NCBI GenBank assembly: GCA_013239625.1
Contig: MU053934.1
Coordinates: 12,559,413-12,623,412, forward strand
Length of the DNA stretch: 64,000 bases
From: Lama guanicoe
Taxonomy: Eukaryota
Reading direction: 5' to 3'
Position numbers and translations under genes: made by a program. Each line of letters starts with the position of its first letter. Within the stretch, counting starts at the first letter, position 1. The notes beneath the pieces are model-generated. The model made no database searches. It worked only from the letters and a program-made list of their open reading frames with translations, and was not told the DNA's origin. Positions 53,329-64,000 of this stretch are shown here, one piece after another.

Positions 53329-56300
53329 CAATGGATCAATGAGGAAATCAAAGCTGAAATTAAAAAATACCTTGAGACAAATGATAATGAAAGCACAACC
53401 ACTCAAAACCTATGGGACACAGCAAAGGCAGTGCTAAGAGGGAAGTTTATAGCGATACAGGCCTTCCTCAAAAAAGAACAATCTCAAATAAACAAGTTAA
53501 CCCACCACCTGAATCAATTAGAAAAAGAAGAACAAAAAGCCCCAAAAAGCAGCAGAAGGAAGGAAATAATAAAGACCAGAGAGGAATTAAATACAATAGA
53601 GATTAACAAGGCCATAGAAAAAATCAACCAAACCAAAAGCTGGTTTTTTGAAAAAGTAAATAAAATCGACAAACCTCTGGCCAAACTCACAAAGAAGAAA
53701 AAAGAGAGAGCACAAATTAGCAAAATAAGAAAGGAAAATGGAGAAATTACAACAAACAAAATAGAAATACAGAATATCATACGAGAATATTATGAAAAAC
53801 TATATGGAACCAAACTGGATAACCTAGAGGAGATGGACAAGTTTCTGGAAACATACTGTCCACCAAAACTGAATCAAGAAGAAACTGAACACTTGAACAA
53901 TCCGATCACTAGAAAGGAAATAGAAATAGCAATTAAAAACCTCCCTACAAATAAAAGTCCAGGACCGGACGGCTTCACCGGGGAATTCTACCAAACATAC
54001 AAAGAAGAACTCATACCAGTCCTTCTCAAACTCTTCCAGACGATTGAAAAGGAGGGAATACTCCCAAACTCATTCTATGAAGCCACCATCACCCTGATAC
54101 CAAAACCAGGCAAAGACACTACAAAAAAAGAGAATTATAGGCCAATATCACTGATGAACATAGACGCCAAAATCCTCACCAAAATTTTAGCAAATAGAAT
54201 CCAACAACACATAAAAAAGATTATACATCATGACCAAGTGGGGTTCATCCCAGGGACACAAGGCTGGTTCAACATACGCAAATCAATCAATGTAATACAT
54301 CACATCAACAAGAGAAAGGACAAAAACCACATGATCATCTCAATCGATGCAGAAAAAGCATTTGATAAAATTCAACACCCATTTATGATAAAAACTCTCG
54401 CCAAAGTGGGTATAGAGGGAACATATCTCAACATAATAAAAGCTATATATGACAAACCTATAGCCAGCATAGTTCTCAACGGTGAAAAACTCAAAAGCTT
54501 CCCACTAAAATCTGGGACAAGACAAGGATGCCCACTATCACCACTCCTATTCAATATAGTCCTGGAAGTCCTAGCCACAGCAATCAGGCAAGAGAAAGAA
54601 ATAAAAGGGATCCAAATTGGAAAAGAAGAGGTAAAAGTGTCATTATATGCTGACGACATGTTACTATATATAGAAAACCCTAAAAGGTCCACAAAAAAGC
54701 TACTAGAGCTGATCGAAGAATTCAGCAAGGTAGCAGGTTACAAAATTAATGTTCAAAAATCAGTTGCCTTTCTTTACACTAACGATAAATCAACAGAAAA
54801 AGAAAGTAAAGAAACAATCCCCTTTAAAATAGCACCCAAAGTAATAAAATATCTGGGAATAAATCTAACCAAGGAGGTGAAAGAATTATACACAGAAAAC
54901 TATAAACCATTGATGAAGGAAATTAAAGAAGACTTTAAAAAATGGAAAGATATTCCATGCTCTTGGATTGGAAGAATCAATATTGTTAAAATGGTCACAC
55001 TGCCCAAGGCAATCTACAGATTTAATGCAATCCCTATCCAATTACCCAGGACATATTTCACAGAACTAGAACAAATCATAATAAAATTTATATGGAACCA
55101 TCAAAGACCTAGAATTGCTAAAGCATTACTGAAGAGAAAGAAAGAGGCTGGAGGAATAACTCTCCCAGACTTCAGACAATACTATAGAGCTACAGTCATC
55201 AAGACAGCATGGTATTGGTACCAAAACAGACATATAGACCAATGGAACAGAATAGAGAGCCCAGAAATGAACCCACAAACTTTTGGTCAACTCATCTTCG
55301 ACAAAGGAGGCAAGAATATACAATGGAATAAAGACAGTCTCTTCAGCAAATGGTGTTGGGAAAACTGGACAGCAGCATGTAAAACAATGAAGCTAGAACA
55401 CACCCTTACACCATATACAAAAATCAACTCAAAATGGATTAAAGACTTAAACATAAGACAAGATACAATAAACCTCCTAGAGGAAAACATAGGCAAAACA
55501 TTATCTGACATACATTTCAAAAATTTTCTCCTAGAAGAAATAAAAGCAAGAATAAACAAATGGGACCTAATGAAACTTACAAGCTTCTGCAGAGCAAAGG
55601 AAACCAGAAATAAAACAAGAAGAAAACCTACGGAATGGGAGAAAATTTTTGCAAGTGAAACCGACAAAGGCTTGATCTCCAAAATATATAAGCAGCTCAT
55701 ACGACTCAATAAGAAAAAAATAAACAACCCAATCCAAAAATGGGCAGAAGACCTAAACAAGCAATTCTCCAAGGAAGACATACAAATGATCAAAAAGCAC
55801 ATGAAAAAATGTTCAATATCACTAATTATCAGAGAAATGCAAATCAAAACTACAATGAGGTATCACCTCACACCAGTCAGAATGGCCGTCATTCAAAAAT
55901 CCAAAAATGACAAATGCTGGAGAGGCTGTGGAGAAAGGGGAACCCTCCTACACTGCTGGTGGGAATGCAGTTTGGTGCAGCCACTATGGAAAACAGTGTG
56001 GAGATTCCTCAAAAGACTAGGAATAGACTTACCATATGACCCAGGAATCCCACTCCTGGGCTTGTATCCAGAAGGAAATCTACTTCAGGATGACACCTGC
56101 ACCCCAATGTTCATAGCAGCACTATTTACAATAGCCAAAACATGGAAACAACCTAAATGTCCATCAACAGGTGACTGGATAAAGAAGATGTGGTATATTT
56201 ATACAATGGAATACTACTCAGCCATAAAAACCGACAACATAATGCCATTTGCAGCAACATGGATGCTCCTAGAGAATGTCATTCTAAGTGAAGTAAGCCA

Positions 56301-56680
56301 GAAAGAGAAAGAAAAATACCATATGAGATCGCTCATATGTGGAATCTAAAAAACAAAAACAAACAAACAAACAAAAACAAAGCATAAATACAGGACAGAA
56401 ATAGACTCATGGACAGAGAATACAGACTTGTGGTTACTGGTGGCGGGGGTAGAGTGTGGGAAGGGATAGACTGGGATTTCAAAATTGTAGAATAGATAAA
56501 CAAGATTACACTGTATAGCACAGGGAAATATACACAAAATGTTATGATAAATCACAGAGAAAAAACTGTGACAATGAGTATGTATATGTCCATGAATGAC
56601 TGAAAAATTGTGCTGAACACTGGAATTTGGCACAACACTGTAAAATGATTATGAATCAATAAAAAATGTAAAAAAAAAAA
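53329..56680 (+). mobile_element. Young 5'-truncated L1 with uninterrupted ORF2 C-terminal part (reverse transcriptase + Cys-rich domain; stop at 56349), 3'UTR and poly(A)
   Basis: Open frame 53329-56349 with SPGPDGF, YRPISL, QGCPLSP, YADD and CWRGCG...HCWWEC; perfect TSD AGAAAGTCTG at 53319-53328 and 56681-56690. Confidence 0.96.
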
Positions 56681-57594
56681 AGAAAGTCTGGACAGGCCTG
56701 TCACTAGTACAGAGATTTAAAAGGTGATCAACAAGCTCCCAAACTCAAAAGTCCAGGGCCAGACGGCCTCATAGGCAAATGCTACCAGACATTCAAAGAA
56801 GATTTAATACCTATCTACAGATTCAATGCAATCTCTGTCAATATCCAAGGACTTTTTTTCACAGAAAATTTATATGGAACCACAAAAAACCCTGAATAGC
56901 CAAAGCAATCTTGAGAAAAAACAAACAAACCTGGAACTCCCTGATTTCAAACCATATTACAAAATCATAGTAATTAGAACAGCATGGTACTAGGGGAAAA
57001 AAAGATACATAGATGAATGAAAAAGAGTTGAGAGCCTAGAAAGAAACCTATACATATATGGTCAATTAAGTTATGACAAAGGGGCAAAGAACACACAGTG
57101 TAGAAAGGATAGTCTCTTCAATAAACGGTGTTAGAAAAACCTGGCAGCCACATACTACTCAAATACCACTCAGCCAAGAAAGATGAAATCTTGTCATTTG
57201 TGACAAGCTGTATGGACATTGAGAATATTATGCTAAATGAAATAAATCAGACAGAAAAAGGTAAATACAGTATGATTTCACTCATATGTGGAATATAAAA
57301 AACAAGCAAAAAAAGAAAAAACCAAAATAAATGAACAAAACAAACCAAACAAAAATAAAGATGTAAATACAGGGAACAGAATAGTGGTTACCAGAGGAGG
57401 AGGGGCGGGAAGGCGAAAAGGTCTGCACTGGGATGGATGGAAACTAAATTCCTAGTGGTGAGCGCGCTGTAGGGCACACAGAAGTAGAAATATAATGTAA
57501 GCTATAAGGATTAAGAAATATAATGTACACATGAAACTTATATAATGTTATAAACCAATGTTACCTCAATAATAAATGAAAGTTTAAAAAATAA

Positions 57595-58023
57595 AAACTG
57601 TGTTTCATGGAAAAAGTGGCCAGTTCAGCTGCCAGCTGAAAGAATTGTGTAAGTAGTTGTGACAACCACTGGACTTCAGTATGCAGCGCTTTCTGTCACC
57701 ACACTGACTATTAGAATTGTTAAGTGTCAAGGCTTAATTAATTTTAATACATTTTATTGCTTTATCAAGTAAGTGAAACTGATTAGTAAGTGAAACTGCC
57801 CCCTGCCATGAGCATGTAGCAGTGATTTTGATTACTATTTGGTACCACTGCTTTGATTTGTGTTAAGGAACCAGCAGTTTTACCAACCATTGCTTTTGCA
57901 CCATTAATGCAACTGTCAATCCAATAGGAAAGCAAATAACATCTTAGTATTAGACAGATAATTTTGACCTTGCTGAACTTTGGAGACTCCAGGAATCCAC
58001 AGATCACATTTTGGGGACCACTG
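57595..58023 (-). mobile_element. Charlie1-like hAT, right part
   Basis: Continues the sequence interrupted at 49712; hAT-like terminus ggggaccactg. Confidence 0.6.
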
Positions 58024-59279
58024 CTGTAGTATATCATAGGAATCATAGGATATGTGTGTTTTCAGTTTTACTAAATATTGCTAAATTTCTCTCCAAACTG
58101 GTTATCCCAATTTCTATTCTGTAACAGTAGGATAATATTTGGCCATAAGTCACTAAGACCCAGAATAACAGTGACTTAAGTAAAAGAGAAAATTTGGTGA
58201 TGCTGTGTGTGGTTGAACACATAGGATATACTCAGTGGAGGCCCTGGAATTACACAGTGCCCAGGTTTAGAATGGCCAGCCCTGGGCGTCGATGGTGTCT
58301 CTGTTCCTTGAAACCCTTTATGATCCAGGTTTCTTTTATCTTGTTCTGCCTTTGTGTCCTCCATTCCCAAGGTTACTTCATGATTCAACAAGTGCTTCCA
58401 GCTTTAAGCCAACAGGGATAAGAAGGTCTGAGTCGGACGATCACACACCTCTTGCCTGCAGTCTCTTAAAGGAAATATCTAGAAACAGCCACATGCTACT
58501 AGCTACATGGGAGACTGAAAACTGTATTTTATTTTAGAGGGCTAAATGGCTGATTAAAAATCTGGATTCTACAATTATGTGGGACAGTGAGCAGTTTCTG
58601 CTACAGCCCACTTCTTTGGTCGTTCACAGGTCCATGCATTCTTTTTTCCTGTGTATGGAACACCCTCACTTTATCCCTAGGGGGATCATTTGCAGAGGTT
58701 TCACGTAGCTTAAAGCTCAGGTTCCTTGAGTTATGCATTTTGTTCCAAAAGGTCTAGCTGTAGATCCTTGTGGACCAGGGATTTTAAAAAATGAAAAGAT
58801 ACATTTTTGCTTCCCAATATAATCAATTTACAACAATTTATAAATTTAGTGGTTTATAAACTGAAAAATATTTTATGTGTCCCAAGCATACAAGAGAGTA
58901 AGAGTAGGATAAGTTCAATAAAAACCCCTATTAAGAAAAGGCAACACAGGCAACATGTAAGTCTGGTCCACGACACTTTCCAAATCCTATTGAGCAGAAA
59001 TAGTGAAGGCCCTTCCCTGGCAGGAGAGAAAGTTCCTTGTTTTGGCAGCCCCCAGCCATGTTCTCTGGGAAATTTTCCCTTTCCCATTCTGCTTCATATC
59101 CATATCTGAAGATGGCACTGAAGTGCGTGCCCTTCTGGGGCCGTGCAGCCTTTTCTGTGGGATTGAATGCTTACTGGGTTTTTTGTAGGGGTTACTTTAG
59201 GAGGCAAATGGTCACAGGCAAGTGGTCCCAGGCAAACTAGGATTGCTGTTCTTCACAAAATTTCACTAATGATCAATTC

Positions 59280-60480
59280 TAGATTCTTAACGTGAGTTGG
59301 GAAGGGTTCTTTCCTGCTATTTTCTGAAGTGTTTCTTCTAGAATACGTACAGCTTCTTCCTTTAATGTTTTTTAGAATTCACCAGTAAAGCAATCTGGGT
59401 CTAAAGCTTTCTTTGTAGGTAAGTTTTAAGCTGAGAATTCAGTTTATTTAATACCTATAGGTCCATTTGGATTTTCCCCTTCTTCCTGTTCCAGCTTTGA
59501 TAATTTGTGTCTTTCGAAGAATTTATTCATTTAATCTAAGTTGTCAAATTTATTGGCAAAAATTAGTTTATAGTAATTTTTATTATCCTTTTTGTATCTA
59601 TTGAATCTAAAGTAATGTCCCTTATTTCATTTCTGACGCTGGTAATTTATGGCTACTCACTTTTTTCCTTAATTAGTGTAACTAGAGGTTTGTCAACTTT
59701 ATGGAATTTTTCAAAGAACCAGCTTTTGGTTTTATTGATTTTCCTCAATTGCTTTTATGTTTTCTGTTTCACTGATTTCTGTTCTTTCCTTCTAGTTCAT
59801 TGGTTCTTCTCCCTTCCAGCCTTTACATTTAGCCTAATTTTTGTTTTTATATTAAAGTCCATTTCTTGAGACAGCCTACAGTTGGGTCTCACTTTTTTAT
59901 ACAGTCTGACAATATCTGCATTGTAATTTAAGTGTTTAAAACATTTCCATTTAATGTAATTATTGACATTTTTGTTTTAAATCTACCATCGTGGCTATTT
60001 GTTTTATATTTGTCCCATTTTACCTTTATTTAATTCCTCCTCTTTTTTGCTCTCTTTTGTATTAAACAAACGTGTATAAGAATTCCATGTTATCTCCACT
60101 CTTAGCTAATTGGCTTATATCTCTGTAATTGTTAACACATATTCTCCAGGGTTTGCAGTATACACTTTCAGGCTATCACGCCACCTCAGCTTACTACCTC
60201 ACATATAAACACCTCACAGCAGTGGGTCTCCAGTTCTCCCACCCTGTGCTGCTGTCGCTGTGTGCTCTGTTCACACACAGCGTTTTAGACTCTATAACAC
60301 ACCGCCGATCTAAGAAGTGGATACAGTCAATTGTATTTTAAAGAAATTCAAACATGAGAAAAAGTCTTTTAGGATTACTCTCAGTCCTCTTTATTCCTTT
60401 GGGTAGACCCAGGTTCTTTTCAGGTATGTTTTTATTCATTCTAAAGAACTTATTTTAATGTTTTTTGTATTGTGTATATG
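59280..60480 (-). mobile_element. Old L1 fragments (minus)
   Basis: tagaattcaccagtaaag, ttttcaaagaaccagctttt, ttaaagtcc...gacagc. Confidence 0.65.
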
Positions 60481-60504
60481 CTAGTGAAAAATTATCTCAG
60501 ATTT

Positions 60505-61922
60505 TCCTTTTGTACAACAAAGGAAACTATAAACAAAAGGAAAAGACGACCTACAGAATGGGATAAAATATTTGCAAATGATGTGACTAACAAGGGCTTA
60601 ATTTCCAGAATATATAAACAGCTCATACAGCTTAATATCAAAAACAAACAACCCAATCAAAAAATGGGCAGAAGATCCAAACAAACATTTCTCCAATGAA
60701 GGCATACATTGGCCAATAGGTACATGAAAAATGCATAACATCACTAATCATCAGAGAAATACAGATCAAAGCAGCAATGAGATATCACTTCACACCAGTC
60801 AAAATAACCATCATTAAAAACTCCACAAACACTAATCAAACTTATAAGCTTTTGCACAGCAAAGGAAACCATAAGCAAAACAAAAAGACAACCTACAGAA
60901 TAGGAGAAAATATTTGCAAAAGATAAGGCTGACAAGGGCTTAATTTCCAGAATATATAAACAACTCAGACAACTTAATAAGAAAAAAACAAACAACCCAA
61001 TCCAAAAATGGGCAGAAGACCTGAACAAGCAATTCTCCAATGAAGACATACGAATAGCCAACGTGAACATGAAAAAATGCTCAGTATCACTAATTATCAG
61101 AGAAATGCAAATCAAAACTACAATGAGGTATCATGTCACAACAGTCAGAATGGCCATAATTCAGAAGTCCACAAATGATAAATACTGGAGAGGGTGTGGA
61201 GAAAAGGGGACCCTCCTACACTGTTGGTGGGAATGTAGTTTGGTACAGACGTTATGGAAAACAGTATGGAGATTCCTCAAAAAACTAAAAATAGGCTTAC
61301 CATATGATCCAGCAGTCCCATTCCTGGGCATATATCTGGAGGGAACCTTAATTCAAAAAAACCACAAGTACCCCAATGTTCATAGTAGCAATATTTACAA
61401 TAACCAAGACATGGAAGCAATCTAAATGTCCATTGACAGATGATTGGATAAAGAAGAGGTGGTATATTTATACAATGGAATACTACTCAGCCATAAAAAA
61501 GCCATTTGCAGTAACATGGGTGAACCTGGAGAATATCATTCTAAGTGAAATAAGTCAGAAAGAGGAAGAAAAATACCACATGATATCACTTATATGTGGA
61601 ATCTAAAAAAATGACACAAATGATTTTACTTACAAAACAGAAACAGACTCATAGATACAGAAAACAAACTTATGGTTACCAAGGAGGAAAAGGGGTATGG
61701 ATGGATAAAGTGGGAGTTTGGGATTTGCAGATATGCACTTCTATACATAAAGTAGATAAACAAGGTCCTACTGTACAGCACAGGGAACTATATTCAATGC
61801 CTTATAATAACCTATGATGAAAAGTAATATGAGAAGGAATATAGGTATGTAGAACTGAATCACTATGTTGTACACCAGATATTAACACAACATTGTAAAC
61901 AGACTATACTGCAATTTAAAAA
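60505..61922 (+). mobile_element. L1 ORF2 3' end + 3'UTR, with the same ORF2 segment represented twice
   Basis: KETINKRKRRPTEWDKIFAND at 60520 and again [20 protein letters not shown] at ~60862; then CWWEC and 3'UTR. Confidence 0.85.
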
Positions 61923-62934
61923 GCAGATTATAAGCAATTAAAGGCAGAATTGGTGAGCTAAAAGATAAATATCAGAATAAATTATCCTGAATATTACCTG
62001 GAAAGACATAGAGATGGAAAATGTAAAAGGTCAGGGGCTATGGAGGCTAGAACAAGAAGGTCCAGCGTAAGTCTTATTGGGGTCCCAGAAGGAGGAGAGA
62101 TGGAATGGAGCAGAGGCAACATTTGAAGAGATAATTTCTAAACTGAGGAAAGAGAATTCATATAGATAAGAATCTCAGTGAACCTTGGCAGAACAAATAA
62201 ATACACCACACCTAGGTATACTGTATTGAAACTTCAGAACACCAAAGACAAGGAAAGAAGTCCTAAATGTAGCTGGAGAAGAAAAGGTAATTACCTTTAA
62301 AGGAGTGGCAGACTGAGAGGCGGCTTCTCATACCAACAAGGGAGTTCAGAGGAAGACAGTGGATGATGATGGAAATGAACTACCTGACATAGTAGTCCAT
62401 ATCTAGTAAGAATATCTTTCAGGAGTCAGGACAAAAAAATAAAGGCATTTTTAGACAAACTGAGAGTTTACCTCCCCAAGCTCTCAATAAAGAAAATTCT
62501 GAAGAATGCACTTCGGACCAAAGGACACTTTTAAGGTATTTAGATTTCAAAGATTGTTGTTATTTCCTAATGACAATCCCTTAAGAAAAAAAAAGCTTCA
62601 ACTCTGATTCATTATGATAATAGTTTTTCTCATTGGTAGAAATCTGTTTTCTGAAAGATATAACTATTTGTGAGAATTCTTTCTTAAACTAAAAGAAGGA
62701 TATTTTTTTACTGTCCTTTCCTGTAAGGCATAACAGTATTGCAAATCCCATGGCTTTGGATCCCTTATTGGAACAGAGATGAGAATATACTGTTTCTTTT
62801 AACACTGGATTATGTTGGTTTGCTGATGGAAACAATCCAGAAGAGAAGCTGGTGATTCCAAAAAGGGGGCTAATTTCAAGCAAGGAACTTGATTTGGTAA
62901 TGAGAAAAGTTGGAAGATCAATAGGCTGGAGATC

Positions 62935-63457
62935 TGTGGTGGTTTTATAACACAGCCTCCAAATTCTTTGACACGCCTCCATTGAGAGTTGGTGTCCATG
63001 GCTGCTCTCTTGAATATGGATGGGATTGTGACTGCTTTAGCCAACAGATACGACAAAAGTGATGCCATGTGACTTCCAAGGCTAGATCAGAGAAGGCCAT
63101 GCATCTGCCCCCTGGCCTTCCTAGGACACTCACTCTGGGGGAAGCCTGCCATTCTGTAAGAAGCCCAGCTACCCTGAGACTTCTATGCTGGAGAGGCCAG
63201 GTGTAGGTGCTGGTTGACAGCCTCAGCTGAGCTCCCAGTCAACGGTCAGTGACAACTGCCAACCTTGTGAGTGAGCCATCTTGGATGTCCAGCCCAGCTT
63301 ACCTCTGGCTATAAACAAACTGCATGAGAAACCCCTGACAAGAACTTCCCACTGGAGTCCTTCCTGAATTTATAACCTAAAAACTATAAGTAAAGTGGTT
63401 GTTTAATTCCTCTAAATTTGGTGGTAATTTAGTACACAGCAGTAGTACCGGGAACAA
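62935..63457 (+). mobile_element. MaLR LTR (MLT1-like)
   Basis: tgtggtgg...ccaaattctttgacac...gtgatgccatgtgacttccaaggctag...gtggtaatttagtacacagcagtagtaccgggaaca. Confidence 0.7.
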
Positions 63458-64000
63458 GTTTCTTACGGAGTCAAATAATTGTGGATGTCGTGGTAATAAG
63501 AAAGCAAGAAAAATCGGAAGTGATGGTCAGAGAATTGTGAGCTTAAAATCAAGATTCAAGAGGTAGTGAAGCTACTAGTTATGACAGAATTCCCAATAAA
63601 GTATGGCTCATAAGCTTTTCATTTTTTGTTTCAGCTATTGGCATTTAAAATTTTGTGTTTGTGACTTCCGTGCTATGTGAGTGAAATAAAAGACAGATAG
63701 TTTGCATTTGTTTATTTTCTAATCTATGAGAAAATTGTCAGAAAGTGTCCCCTGACTTTCTAGGATTGATCTGTGGTCAAGACTGCTGAGACTGTGTTGC
63801 TGTTCCAATCTTCCATTGTAAGTCCAGCCAATTTTGTGTTTTGTACTAACTGTACCATTAGTGGACCACATACTATCAGACTGTTGGCTGGTCAGAAGTC
63901 AAGAGTGTTGGATGGGTCACTTATGTGGATGTTCATGTTAACCAGTTTGATGACAAGACTCAGGATTGAAAGGAAAGCTGGGAAGTTTTGGTCAAAACTG

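Larger units (their letters stand above)
49713..57590 (+). mobile_element. Older, near full-length decayed L1 (5'UTR, ORF1, ORF2 endonuclease to 3'UTR) hosting later insertions
   Basis: ORF1 (NRLSADFSAETLQARREWNDILKVLK), endonuclease region (YTFFSSTY..FSRIDHML.HK), 3'UTR and A tail near 57590. Confidence 0.8.

Noticed and set aside
53431..56349. 972-aa reverse transcriptase ORF as a host gene or novel RT system
   Set aside because: It is ordinary L1 ORF2 with 3'UTR, poly(A) and TSD

Overview
Mammalian (eukaryotic) genomic DNA from the conserved KLHDC7B-SYCE3-CPT1B-CHKB block (syntenic with human 22q13.33). The cetartiodactyl-type L1 3' ends, with no recognisable Alu, B1/B2, BovB/Bov-tA, PRE-1 or CAN SINEs, suggest a camelid; this is inference only. 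Four genes were reconstructed by hand with GT-AG junctions. KLHDC7B (+) is single-exon and split by an N-gap. SYCE3 (-) has 2 coding exons giving 88 aa, plus a putative CpG-island exon 1. CPT1B (-) has 18 coding exons giving 772 aa, and CHKB (-) has 11 exons giving 395 aa. The remainder is transposon-derived: nested L1s with visible target-site duplications (TSDs), a young 5'-truncated L1 with an open ORF2, a U6-L1 chimeric retrocopy, a decayed ERV-L, MaLR LTRs, hAT/Tigger DNA transposons, L2 and MIR. I found no convincing new multi-gene system. The best leads are a 166-bp tandem duplication in the CPT1B 5' region, a possible in-frame 17-aa N-terminal extension of SYCE3, the U6-L1 chimera, a multi-layer nested insertion, and a 55-bp G-rich array beside the SYCE3 promoter. 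Repeat family names and comparisons with human come from recognition and memory, not database searches.
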